A DNA stretch of 64,000 bases from an uncultured bacterium. GTDB taxonomy: Bacteria; Hydrothermota; UBA3073; NMUJ01; CBEVQO01. Shown here piece after piece: positions 19,318 to 28,976 of this stretch (position 1 is its first letter; each line of letters begins with the position of its first letter). The notes beneath the pieces are model-generated. The model made no database searches and had not been told where the DNA came from. It saw only the letters and a list, made by a program, of their open reading frames with translations. The stretch is taken from the NCBI GenBank assembly GCA_965552055.1, contig CBEVQO010000004.1, positions 160,001-224,000 of the forward strand, given 5' to 3'. Made by a program: the position numbers and the translations under genes.

Positions 19318-20529
19318 ATGATTTTATTTTTAATTCTTACGAAAATTTTGATTCCCATGGATTTTGACCAGATAAATCATTTGAAAGCATATGGTGTAGT
19401 TTACAGGACTTTGCAAAAAGATATAAAAGTAGAATGGCTTTTGAACTACAGAGGCGGTTCTTTTTTGATGGATTATTATGATTTCATTGAAAAAGAGTTA
19501 TTAAGAGAAGGGGTTTCCTATGAGATAATTTCCGAATCAGAAGCACAGGCAATTTACAAAGATATAGAGCAACATAATATGGAAAGAATAGTTCTTGAAG
19601 TAGCTCCGAAGATTGCGGTATATGCTCCGCCTTATGCCGAGCCATGGGATGATGCAGTAAGATTAGCACTTGACTATGCTGGCATACCTTATGATGTGAT
19701 ATACGATCCAGAAGTGTTATCGGGCGCACTATCAAATTATGACTGGTTACATTTACATCATGAAGATTTTACAGGGCAATTTGGTAAATTTTATGGTTCT
19801 TACAGGTATGCTCCGTGGTTTAAGCGTCAGGTTGAGTTCAATAAAAGTCTGGCGAGGAAACTTGGCTTCAAAAAAGTGTGGCAGATGAAACATGCCGTTG
19901 CCCAAAAAATAAAAGAATATGTTGAAAAAGGCGGATTTTTGTTTGCTATGTGCTCGGCTACAGAAACGATTGACATTGCTCTTGCAGCACTCGGTATGGA
20001 TATCGTTCCTTTAATAGATGGTGATGGAGTGGAACCCAATTGTCAGGAAAAATTAAATTACGAGAATACTTTTGCATTTACAAATTTTGAAGTTGACTTA
20101 AATCCCTATAGATACAGGCATTCTGACATTGATGTTACAGATGAAGCAATTATAAGAGGTCCCAAAACTTACTTTAAATTGCATACATTTTCAGCGAAAT
20201 ATGACCCAATACCAACGATGTTGACGCAAGACCATACACATCTTATAAAAGAGTTTTTGGGTCAAACAACTGGTTTTCGTCGCAGTTTGATAAAGAAAGA
20301 TGTTGTGATACTTGCAGATGTACCCGGTACAGAAGAAGTTAAATACATTTACGGGAGCTGTGGTAAGGGCTTTTTCGCTTTTTACGGTGGACATGACCCT
20401 GAGGATTACGCACATTATGTAGGCGAGCGACCAACAAATTTAGAGTTGCACAAAAATTCACCAGGTTACAGATTGATTTTGAATAATGTATTATTCCCGG
20501 CAGCAAAAGTCAAGAAGTTAAAGACATGA
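19318..20529 (+). CDS. Conserved secreted protein of the FCB family often mislabelled 'asparagine synthetase B' (GATase-like fold)
   Basis: LIPMD, HLKAYG, WLHLHHEDFTGQFGKFY, FAMCSAT, GGHDPEDY and SPGYRLILNNVLFPAA. Confidence 0.75.
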   Translation: MILFLILTKILIPMDFDQINHLKAYGVVYRTLQKDIKVEWLLNYRGGSFLMDYYDFIEKELLREGVSYEIISESEAQAIYKDIEQHNMERIVLEVAPKIAVYAPPYAEPWDDAVRLALDYAGIPYDVIYDPEVLSGALSNYDWLHLHHEDFTGQFGKFYGSYRYAPWFKRQVEFNKSLARKLGFKKVWQMKHAVAQKIKEYVEKGGFLFAMCSATETIDIALAALGMDIVPLIDGDGVEPNCQEKLNYENTFAFTNFEVDLNPYRYRHSDIDVTDEAIIRGPKTYFKLHTFSAKYDPIPTMLTQDHTHLIKEFLGQTTGFRRSLIKKDVVILADVPGTEEVKYIYGSCGKGFFAFYGGHDPEDYAHYVGERPTNLELHKNSPGYRLILNNVLFPAAKVKKLKT

Positions 20530-21161
20530 GTTTAAGGCTTATAATAATACGACATGGAGAAAGCGAGGGCAATGCTCAAAACTTATTCAGAGGACAGATG
20601 GATTTTCCTTTGACACAAAGAGGAGTGGAACAGGCAAAATCACTTGCAGAAGAATTATCAAAAAGATTTGAGATAAAAACAATTTATTCAAGTCCATTAC
20701 AAAGGGCAAGGGAGACCGCAAAAATAATTGCAGAAAAATGCAATGCAAATCTCATAATAGATGAAAGTTTTAACAATATAAAACTCGGTGATTGGGAAGG
20801 CAAACCCAAAAATGAGATTGCACAAAAATATCCAAAAGAATGGAAAATATGGATTACAGAGCCTGAAAAGTTGAAACTCAAAGGTGCAGAGACGCTCGAT
20901 AATGTGCAGAAGAGAGCGGTAGAAGCAGTAAAAAGGATAGTAAATACAGAAAAAGAAGGAGATATATGCATCGTTACCCACAGAGCCGTAATTAAGCCAT
21001 TAATCGCAGGGTTAATCGGTATCACCAAACCTTATTTCTGGAAAATACACACAGATACCGCATCATTTAGTGTCATAGAATATGAAAAAGAAAGAGGTTT
21101 TATTTTGAAACTTTTAAATTACACAGACCATCTTAAAGAATTTATAGAAGAAAAAGTATGA
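20526..21161 (+). CDS. Histidine phosphatase family protein
   Basis: IRHGES, YSSPLQRA, GDWEG and IVTH. Confidence 0.9.
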   Translation: MSLRLIIIRHGESEGNAQNLFRGQMDFPLTQRGVEQAKSLAEELSKRFEIKTIYSSPLQRARETAKIIAEKCNANLIIDESFNNIKLGDWEGKPKNEIAQKYPKEWKIWITEPEKLKLKGAETLDNVQKRAVEAVKRIVNTEKEGDICIVTHRAVIKPLIAGLIGITKPYFWKIHTDTASFSVIEYEKERGFILKLLNYTDHLKEFIEEKV

Positions 21162-22213
21162 TTTTGATTTTTATACTTATTGCAGGCTGGCAAAAAGATT
21201 TAATGAACGCAAAAAAGTATGAGAGAAAGGGGAATTTTACAAAAGCAGAAAGTTTGTATATTAAGGCATTTAGAAAAGCACCCGAAAGGGTTTATTCTGA
21301 ACTGAAAAGGTTTTACGAAAAAAGAGAAGAATACGAAAAATTGAAGAAAATAACTCTGGAGTTTTTAAAAGAAAATCCATATCACAAAAAGGCTATAAAA
21401 ACATTGATAAAAGTTTGCGAAAAACTCGGCGATAAATATTCGGCAATCAATTATCTCAAAAAATTAAAGAATAAAATGGTTTACGAAGAAATAGCAAATC
21501 TCTATCTTGAACGAGGCGATACTTTAAAAGCACTCAAATATTATAAAAAAGCACAGAACAATTTAAAAATTGGGTTAATTTTGAAAGATAAAAAACCTGA
21601 AAAAGCGATAAAATATTTGAAAAAGGAAAAAGGTGATAAAGCGAAGATAGGGCTTTTTGAATGTTATTTAAAACTTGGAAGATTTGAAGATGCCAAAAGA
21701 GCAATAGAAGGCACACGCGATGAGAATTATTTTATAGGACTTGTAGATTTTTATGATGGCAATATAGAATCCGCGAAACTACATTTTTCCAGAGTTTTAC
21801 CATCTTCTCCCTATGCTCGTGAGGCTATGAAAAGAATTTTTTTGATTTCAGAATCTCAATCAGAAGATGATTTAAAAACAATTGCATTTGCCGAATTTTT
21901 AGTTTTTCAAAGGAAATTTAGGGAAGCGAAAAGAGCTCTTATGAGTGTGCAGGATAGTACTTTGCGTGATGATGCTTTCCTTTTGCTCGGTGAAATTTAT
22001 GAAAAGGAAAAAAATATAAAGTCGGCTATATCTGCTTATACTTATATAATAACACATTACAACAATTTTTCAGCACAACTTGCATACCTAAAATTATGTA
22101 AAATATTTAAGAAACAAAAGAAGAAAGAAGAAATTAAAAATTTAAGAGAAGAATTTATAAGAAAATTTCCAGCGAGTCCACTTTTGCCATATATAAAAGA
22201 AATAACAATGTGA
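21158..22213 (+). CDS. Secreted TPR protein
   Basis: Short hydrophobic N-terminus and repeated TPR-like helices ending FPASP. Confidence 0.75.
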   Translation: MILIFILIAGWQKDLMNAKKYERKGNFTKAESLYIKAFRKAPERVYSELKRFYEKREEYEKLKKITLEFLKENPYHKKAIKTLIKVCEKLGDKYSAINYLKKLKNKMVYEEIANLYLERGDTLKALKYYKKAQNNLKIGLILKDKKPEKAIKYLKKEKGDKAKIGLFECYLKLGRFEDAKRAIEGTRDENYFIGLVDFYDGNIESAKLHFSRVLPSSPYAREAMKRIFLISESQSEDDLKTIAFAEFLVFQRKFREAKRALMSVQDSTLRDDAFLLLGEIYEKEKNIKSAISAYTYIITHYNNFSAQLAYLKLCKIFKKQKKKEEIKNLREEFIRKFPASPLLPYIKEITM

Positions 22214-22214
22214 G

Positions 22215-24317
22215 ATGAAAAAGATTTTGCAAAATTATAAAACAGGAGAAATCGAAATTGCAGAAGTACCTGTTCCGGCTGTCAAAAAGGGCTATATTTT
22301 GGTGAAAAACCTTTATTCTGCTGTGAGTGTGGGAACCGAGCGTGCCAAAGTTGAACTTGCTCGCAAAAATATTTTGCAAAAAGTTATGGAAAGGAAAGAT
22401 GATTTAAAAAAATTCTGGATGATGGTGAAAAGAGAGGGCTTCTTATCTGCTTACAGGAAAGCGAAAACTATTTTAGAAACCCCAAGACCACTTGGTTATT
22501 CATGCTGTGGAAAGGTGGTTGAGATTTCAGAAGGTATAGATAACATAAGAGTGGGTGACATTGTTGCATGTGCAGGCGATGATGCTCATCATGCAGAGTT
22601 TGTGTGCTGTAACAGAGCGTTATGTGTGAAAGTGCCAGAAGAAGTTTTGCCAGAAGAAGCCGCTTTTGTAGCACTTGGTTCAATCGCAATAAATGCCGTA
22701 AGAAAAGCAGAAGCACAAATCGGAGATAAAATATGTGTAATAGGGCTCGGATTAATCGGACTTATAATCACCCAAATTTTAAAATCAGCAGGCTGTAAAG
22801 TTTATGGAATCGATGTAAATGAAAAACGAATCGAACTGGCAAAAAAATTCGGAGCAGAAGTTAGCAATAAAATAGATTTTGAGAAAATTAAAGATTTTAC
22901 AGAAGGAGTTGGATTTGATTCTGTTATTTTATCTTTGTCAACATCAGAGGAAGATATAATGGATAAAGCAGGTAAAATTGCCCGTGATAGAGGCAAAATA
23001 ATAATCGTAGGAGTGTTCCCCATCCAGATTCCCCGTGACATTTACTATTACAAAGATTTAGAAGTAAGAATTGTAAGGTCTTATGGTCCCGGTAGATATG
23101 ACCCGATTTATGAAGAGAAATCAATAGATTATCCTGTTGGATATGTTAGATGGACAGAAAATCGCAATATGAAGGAATTTATCGAATTGCTGAAGAATAA
23201 AGAAATCACTTTAAGACCTTTAATAACCCATATTTTCCCGATTGAAAAAGCAAAAGATGCCTATCAATTGATTCGTGAGAAAAAAGAAGAGTTTGTAGGA
23301 GTGTTATTTAAATATCCAGAGGAAGAAAAGGTAATAAGAGTGATTGAGAAGAAAAGGGAATATAAAGGTGAGAAGGTGAATCTTGGGGTTATAGGTGCAG
23401 GTAAATTCTGTCAGTCAAATCTTTTGCCCCATTTAAAAGAGAAAGTTTATTTTAAAGCGGTATGTAATGAGCATCCTGAAAGTTCTTTTTATGTTCAGAA
23501 GAAATTTGGATTTGAGCGCGCTACAACCAATCCCGAAGATATTATAAATGACAAAGAAATAAATGCAGTTTTGATTGCAACGAGACACGATACACATGCG
23601 GAATTGATAAAAAAATCATTATTAAAGGATAAATATGTATTTTGCGAAAAACCACTTGCGATAAAAATTGAAGATGTGTTTGAAATTAAGAAGATAGTTG
23701 AAGAAAGGGGTAGTAGATTGCAGATAGGTTTTAACAGAAGGTTTTCGCCATCGGTTGTTGAGGCAAAGAAAGAGATGGGAGATGGTATCTTTTTAATAAA
23801 TTACAGGGTTAATGCAGGTGAGATTGAAAAGACTCACTGGGTGCAGGATTTGGATGTAGGTGGTGGCAGGATTATAGGTGAAGTTTGTCATTTTGTTGAT
23901 ACTCTTATTTATCTTCTATCCGATAGACCTGTTGAAGTTTTTGCATACTCTACGCCTGATTCTGTAAATTTTGACAATGCAATTATAAATTTGAAGTTCG
24001 GGCGCGGTTCAATCGCAAATGTAATTTACGCATCAAAAGGTGATAAATATTTTGAAAAGGAGAGGATAGAAATCTTTGGCAAAGGTAAAGTTATAATAAT
24101 CGAAGATTTTAAAAGGTTGAGGATTTCAAAAGAAGGTGTAGAAAGAGTAAAAGAGTTAAAAGGTAAAGGTTTTAAGGAAGAACTTCGGGCATTTATAGAT
24201 GCTGTAGAAAAAGGCAAACCCTCGCCCATAAGTTTTGAGGATATTTTCTATACGAGTTTAACGACATTCGCAATAATCGAAAGCATAAAGAAAAATTCAC
24301 CAAAAAATATTCGATAA
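22215..24317 (+). CDS. Bi-domain oxidoreductase (MDR dehydrogenase + Gfo/Idh/MocA), polysaccharide-biosynthesis type
   Basis: SVGTE, GLGLIG, SYGPGRYD, GAGKF, EKP, GFNRRF and GGRIIGEVCHFVD. Confidence 0.9.
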   Translation: MKKILQNYKTGEIEIAEVPVPAVKKGYILVKNLYSAVSVGTERAKVELARKNILQKVMERKDDLKKFWMMVKREGFLSAYRKAKTILETPRPLGYSCCGKVVEISEGIDNIRVGDIVACAGDDAHHAEFVCCNRALCVKVPEEVLPEEAAFVALGSIAINAVRKAEAQIGDKICVIGLGLIGLIITQILKSAGCKVYGIDVNEKRIELAKKFGAEVSNKIDFEKIKDFTEGVGFDSVILSLSTSEEDIMDKAGKIARDRGKIIIVGVFPIQIPRDIYYYKDLEVRIVRSYGPGRYDPIYEEKSIDYPVGYVRWTENRNMKEFIELLKNKEITLRPLITHIFPIEKAKDAYQLIREKKEEFVGVLFKYPEEEKVIRVIEKKREYKGEKVNLGVIGAGKFCQSNLLPHLKEKVYFKAVCNEHPESSFYVQKKFGFERATTNPEDIINDKEINAVLIATRHDTHAELIKKSLLKDKYVFCEKPLAIKIEDVFEIKKIVEERGSRLQIGFNRRFSPSVVEAKKEMGDGIFLINYRVNAGEIEKTHWVQDLDVGGGRIIGEVCHFVDTLIYLLSDRPVEVFAYSTPDSVNFDNAIINLKFGRGSIANVIYASKGDKYFEKERIEIFGKGKVIIIEDFKRLRISKEGVERVKELKGKGFKEELRAFIDAVEKGKPSPISFEDIFYTSLTTFAIIESIKKNSPKNIR

Positions 24318-24378
24318 AAATTTTAACACAAATTTCAAAATTTTAACATGTACCATTAAAAATTTTTTCATTTTACCC

Positions 24379-24405
24379 TTGACAAAAAAACGAGTATATT
24401 AAAAT
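24379..24405 (+). promoter_or_regulatory. sigma70-like promoter TTGACA-N15-TAAAAT
   Basis: Followed by a GGGGG RBS and ATG at 24419. Confidence 0.65.
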
Positions 24406-24418
24406 AAAAAGGGGGGAT

Positions 24419-26821
24419 ATGTTGTTGCTGTTGATTTTAAGTTTAAATGTGGACTGGTTGAAGTATTATGGATTTCCCTGGTGGGGCAAAGACATCGGTA
24501 AATGTTCTTTTAAATGTTCAAATGGCTATATTGTGTTTGGTAATTCTGATGGTAAAACTTATTTAGTAAGGATAGATGAAAATGGCGATACTTTATGGAC
24601 GAAGAAGATAGGAGGCGGGCTTATAAGCGTTGAAGAAGCTATTGACGGAGGATATATTGTAATATGCGAAAAAGCGCCTCATTATTATGCTGAAAAGATT
24701 GATGAATTCGGGAATGTGCTGTGGGAAAAGGAACTTCCGGAAACCAGTTACGATTATTATCAACCTGTGATTATACGCTCTGATAGCGGTTATGCGGTGT
24801 TGCGTATGGCATTTGATACAGTTAGTGGAGATTGTGGTATGGCTCTGTTGAATGCGGATATGAATTTTAATATTATGTGGGAAAAAATTTATTTCCCGCC
24901 ACCGGAAACCTCTTTTGGATTCGATAAAGATTTCTGCAAAACAAAAGATGGCTTTGTTATAGTGGGTGAAAAATACCCGGGAGGTACTTTTGTAATGAAA
25001 GTCGATAAATCGGGCAATATTATCTGGAATAAAAATTATTATCGTTTTACTCCTTATGATATTATAACTACGAGCGATTCTTTTTATGTAATTGTGGGTG
25101 AAAAAGATAAAGACATTTATCTGTTGAAACTGGATAAAAATGGTGATACTTTATGGTCAAAGAGATATGGCGATACTTTGACCGATTGCGGATATTGTGT
25201 AAAAGAAATTCCATCGGGATACATAATCGGAGGATTTACAACCTCACAGGATACTGATTTTTATCTCTTAAAGGTTGATAAAGATGGTAACATTATATGG
25301 TCAAAAATTTATCAAAGGGAATCAATTCAAAAGCTATACGATGTACTTATCATGGATAATGGCTTCTTACTCACAGGATATTATCGTTTTGATGAAAATC
25401 CTTATGAGGAAGTTTATATTATGCTTGTTGATACTAATGGTGCGCCAATGTGGGAGAAGACATTTGGTTATCCACGGGGATGTGAATCAGGTGTTCGAGT
25501 GATTCGCACTTCTGATGGCAATTTTGTAATCGCTGGATTAACAGAATTATTTTTTTCAAATTCCCATCATTCACATCTCTGGGTGCTAAAAATAAATGCA
25601 GATGGTGATACACTTTTCAGTAAAAAATATAAAATAGGTGAAAATACGGCAGGACTTTATGTCGAAGAAGATAGTGACTCTGGGTTTATAATATGTGGTA
25701 TCGTTGATACTGCAGAAGATGGAATTGAAAATTATGATTTGCTTATCATGAAACTTGATAAATACGGTAATTTGGTGTGGTACAGAAATTTTGATGCAGG
25801 GATGCAGGAAGAAGGATTGGAGATTCATAAAACAAGTGACGGCGGATATATAGTGGTTGGTAACTTTGGACCTTATCTTATAAGTTACGGTGGACCTTAC
25901 TATAAATCCGAATCTTCCTATTATGTTTATCTTGTAAAACTGGATAAAGAAGGAAATCTCGAATGGTCGAAAACATATTCTTTTGCAGATGATTGGACCG
26001 GGTGGTCTGTGGTAGAAGACAGTGGCTTTGTAGTATCTGGTTATATTTTTAGAGATCATCCTTTTCCTTTGCTTTTTAAATGTGATTATAATGGAAATTT
26101 AATCTGGTATAAAATTTATGATGATTCATCGCACTCTCCTCGTGGTGAAATCTATCGCATGTTAAAAACAGAAGACGGATATATTCTTTGTGGTAATTCT
26201 ATACATCCCATGAGTGGCAGTTACAATTTTAGAGTGTTTTTAATGAAAGTAGATAAATTAGGTGAAATCTTGTGGTTAAAAGAGTATGGTCCTGACACTA
26301 CTCCTATTGCATGCAGGGGACTTGATGTTAGGTTTGATGATGCAGGCTACATAATTTGTGGGTTAAAAGGTTATTTTGAGTGCGGTGGGATAAATTCCCC
26401 TGATATTTATATTGTGAAAGTAGATAGTCAGGGTAATCTCATTTCCCGGGGTGAAGCAGGAGAAGATTGGATGTGGATTCAAGCAAATTCAATTCAACCA
26501 TTTGAAGGAGGATATATCGTTTGTGGTTTCGGACGCAGTGAAATTTACCCATCCGACGGCATCATAGCATTGAGAATATCGAATATAGGAATGGAAGAAA
26601 ATAAGAAATTTAACGATATAAAAAAATGCATCTTAACACAGGGGATTATAAATTTTGACTCAAAAATCAATTTAAAACTCTATGATATTACAGGTAGATG
26701 CATAAAAAATATAAGGGGAACCAGGATTTTGAATATAAGAGATTTACCACAAGGAATTTATTTCTTGCATACAAAAAGAGAAGATAAAAAAGACAAAATA
26801 AAAATCATTCTGATAAAATAA
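24419..26821 (+). CDS. Secreted beta-propeller repeat protein with T9SS type-A-like C-terminal domain
   Basis: Repeats of the form LxKxDxxGxxxWxKxY; C-terminal LYDITGR...LPQGIYFL...KIILIK. Confidence 0.85.
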   Translation: MLLLLILSLNVDWLKYYGFPWWGKDIGKCSFKCSNGYIVFGNSDGKTYLVRIDENGDTLWTKKIGGGLISVEEAIDGGYIVICEKAPHYYAEKIDEFGNVLWEKELPETSYDYYQPVIIRSDSGYAVLRMAFDTVSGDCGMALLNADMNFNIMWEKIYFPPPETSFGFDKDFCKTKDGFVIVGEKYPGGTFVMKVDKSGNIIWNKNYYRFTPYDIITTSDSFYVIVGEKDKDIYLLKLDKNGDTLWSKRYGDTLTDCGYCVKEIPSGYIIGGFTTSQDTDFYLLKVDKDGNIIWSKIYQRESIQKLYDVLIMDNGFLLTGYYRFDENPYEEVYIMLVDTNGAPMWEKTFGYPRGCESGVRVIRTSDGNFVIAGLTELFFSNSHHSHLWVLKINADGDTLFSKKYKIGENTAGLYVEEDSDSGFIICGIVDTAEDGIENYDLLIMKLDKYGNLVWYRNFDAGMQEEGLEIHKTSDGGYIVVGNFGPYLISYGGPYYKSESSYYVYLVKLDKEGNLEWSKTYSFADDWTGWSVVEDSGFVVSGYIFRDHPFPLLFKCDYNGNLIWYKIYDDSSHSPRGEIYRMLKTEDGYILCGNSIHPMSGSYNFRVFLMKVDKLGEILWLKEYGPDTTPIACRGLDVRFDDAGYIICGLKGYFECGGINSPDIYIVKVDSQGNLISRGEAGEDWMWIQANSIQPFEGGYIVCGFGRSEIYPSDGIIALRISNIGMEENKKFNDIKKCILTQGIINFDSKINLKLYDITGRCIKNIRGTRILNIRDLPQGIYFLHTKREDKKDKIKIILIK

Positions 26822-26824
26822 AAC

Positions 26825-26932
26825 TGCTGAAAAATATTAACCTTATAGAAATGGGTCGCGGAGGGCGGAGCCCTCCGAAAAATCTCTGGGCGGGTGGGAT
26901 AAATAAAAATTGAAAAATAAAATTTTTCAGCA
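26825..26932. mobile_element. Putative MITE-like element
   Basis: 11-bp terminal inverted repeats TGCTGAAAAAT/ATTTTTCAGCA and an internal perfect hairpin CGGAGGGC-GGA-GCCCTCCG (26859-26877). Confidence 0.55.
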
Positions 26933-26949
26933 ACCTCTAAAATAAATTA

Positions 26950-26976
26950 TTGACTTTTTAATTTTTTGCATAAATT
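26950..26976 (+). promoter_or_regulatory. sigma70-like promoter TTGACT-N15-TAAATT
   Basis: ATG at 26982 lies 5 nt after the -10 box. Confidence 0.55.
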
Positions 26977-26981
26977 AAAAG

Positions 26982-27365
26982 ATGGGGAAAGTGGTGGAGA
27001 AGATAAAATTAAAAAATTTATTTGAGCCAGAGAAATCTGTGGAAGTGGATGCAGTCATAGATACAGGTGCAACAATGTTAGTTTTGCCTCAGGATATAGT
27101 AGAAAAGCTCGGCTTGCAAAAAGTAGATGAGAGAAGAGTGAGATACGCAAATAACCAAATTCAAATAAGACCTATTTACAGGGGCGTAATACTTGAACTA
27201 AAAGGCAGAGAAGGAATATTTGATGTGCTGTGCGAGGTAAAGGTCGCAGAACCACTTGTTGGACAAATAGTATTGGAAACTTTAGACCTAATAGTTGACC
27301 CTATCACAAAAACAGTGAAACCAAATCCAAAATCACCAGATATGCCCACGGCAGAGATACTTTGA
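26982..27365 (+). CDS. Clan AA (retropepsin-like) aspartic protease
   Basis: IDTGAT catalytic motif and PLVGQIVLE. Confidence 0.88.
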   Translation: MGKVVEKIKLKNLFEPEKSVEVDAVIDTGATMLVLPQDIVEKLGLQKVDERRVRYANNQIQIRPIYRGVILELKGREGIFDVLCEVKVAEPLVGQIVLETLDLIVDPITKTVKPNPKSPDMPTAEIL

Positions 27366-27388
27366 AAAGAGTCCAAGGGAGGTGGTTT

Positions 27389-27568
27389 ATGAAAAAGAAG
27401 AAAGAATTTGACGCTGTAAAGATGATGAGAGAGATTCGAGATAAATTGAGCAAAATATACAGTAAAGACCCAGAAGCTGAGGTAAAAGATTCGCAGAAAA
27501 TAAGAGCAAAGTATGGAATCCATGCAAGAAGAAATAAAAAGGTTACTTTTAAAGATATTAAATTTTAA
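27389..27568 (+). CDS. Small basic hypothetical protein (antitoxin-like)
   Basis: GGAGG RBS; KKKEFDAVKMMREIRDKLS resembles small proteins seen beside PIN toxins. Confidence 0.55.
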   Translation: MKKKKEFDAVKMMREIRDKLSKIYSKDPEAEVKDSQKIRAKYGIHARRNKKVTFKDIKF

Positions 27569-28637
27569 TTTAGGGAAAAATTTTTGTGGCTTTGACCCCT
27601 ATGATGGTATTTTTTGTGATTTGGGTTGCAAAATTTTGCGTCAAATCTCGCAACAGACAATCAAATTATCACCCATAAATTTCAGGAAAGCACTTTTAAT
27701 AAAAGAAAAAGTACATCCAAAAACTCTTGCGCTATTTTCAATGGGTTTATCAAATCTTTATGAAGTTTTAAAAGAAGAAAAATGTTTGGAACTCGCAGAA
27801 AATTTATTGATAAAATTAAAAGATTTAAAATCAAAGTATTTTCCGGAGTATTGCTGGGGGCATACTTTTGCGTGGCAAACAAGGGAAAAACTTATTCCTG
27901 AAAATTATCCAACTGCCGTAAATACCGCTATCTGTGCATCTGCATTTCTCGATTTTTATAAGCACAAAAGAAAAAAAGATTTTATCGAGATAGCAAAAAG
28001 TGCAGGTGATTTTTTGATGAAAAGGTTAAATATTAAAGAAGATAGATTTTATTTGAGTTATACTCCCATTGATAGAAATTTCGTTCATAATGCAAATTCT
28101 TTATCTGCTGGTTTTTTATGCAAATTGTTTCATTATACAGGAGAGCAGGAATATTTGAATTTTGCAGAAAAAGTGTTTGATACACTTATTTTTTATCAAA
28201 ATTCTGATGGCGGATGGAATTATGGTTTAGCACCTTATCAAAGGTGGATTGATGGCTTTCATACTGGTTTTACGCTGTGGGGTCTAAAATGGGCATTGGA
28301 ATACGGAGGCACTGCGAAATATCAGGAAAATTTATCAAAGGGATATGTTTTCTACAGGGAAAAATTATTTGAGGCTGATTTCCCAAAATATTATTTGCAT
28401 AAGTTTTATCCCACTGATTCTCATAATCTTGCTGTTGCAATCATTATCCTGTGTGAATTTAGGGAGATAAAAACTGCACTTGACATTGCAAGGTGGGTGA
28501 TAGACAACTTTTATTGTTCATCAGGCTATTTTTATTTTCGTGATTATGGCTTTTACAGGATAAAAATACATTATCCGAGATGGAGTGATGCATGGCTTTT
28601 TTATTCTTTTTCTCTGCTTTTAAAAGAAATTATTTGA
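27513..28637 (+). CDS. Alpha/alpha-barrel protein of polysaccharide clusters (GFDPYDG family)
   Basis: GFDPYDG, WGHTFAWQ, VHNAN, QNSDGGWNYG and WIDGFHTG. Confidence 0.75.
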   Translation: MESMQEEIKRLLLKILNFNLGKNFCGFDPYDGIFCDLGCKILRQISQQTIKLSPINFRKALLIKEKVHPKTLALFSMGLSNLYEVLKEEKCLELAENLLIKLKDLKSKYFPEYCWGHTFAWQTREKLIPENYPTAVNTAICASAFLDFYKHKRKKDFIEIAKSAGDFLMKRLNIKEDRFYLSYTPIDRNFVHNANSLSAGFLCKLFHYTGEQEYLNFAEKVFDTLIFYQNSDGGWNYGLAPYQRWIDGFHTGFTLWGLKWALEYGGTAKYQENLSKGYVFYREKLFEADFPKYYLHKFYPTDSHNLAVAIIILCEFREIKTALDIARWVIDNFYCSSGYFYFRDYGFYRIKIHYPRWSDAWLFYSFSLLLKEII

Positions 28638-28660
28638 CATTATGAGGATATGAATATATT
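28634..28660 (+). promoter_or_regulatory. sigma70-like promoter TTGACA-N15-TATATT
   Basis: Upstream of a GGGGGTG RBS and ATG at 28674. Confidence 0.6.
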
Positions 28661-28673
28661 AAGAGGGGGTGAG

Positions 28674-28961
28674 ATGAGTACTTCTGGCAAAGCAATAACG
28701 AGCCTTGTACTTGGAATATGTGGCTGGGTGCTACCAGTTGTGGGTGTTGTCTGCTCCATCCTTGCCATTATTTTCGGTATTCTTGCGAGAAATGAGATCA
28801 GGTCATCTGAAGGCAAACTGAGTGGCGAAGGCATGGCACTTGCGGGCTTCATACTCGGTGTAACAGGACTTGCTGTGAATGTAGGAGTGTGGCTGTTTGT
28901 ATGGAAATTAATTGTGGAGATAATAAGAGCAACGCTTACTGTAAGTTCTATGTGTTTATAA
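28674..28961 (+). CDS. DUF4190-like membrane protein
   Basis: AITSLVLGI...AIIFGILARNEI...GEGMALAGFILG. Confidence 0.85.
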   Translation: MSTSGKAITSLVLGICGWVLPVVGVVCSILAIIFGILARNEIRSSEGKLSGEGMALAGFILGVTGLAVNVGVWLFVWKLIVEIIRATLTVSSMCL

Positions 28962-28976
28962 TTTTGTCTGTAAGAA

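Noticed and set aside
24419..26821. Internal repeats as a DNA repeat array
   Set aside because: The repeats are degenerate and at protein level (beta-propeller blades), not identical nucleotide units.
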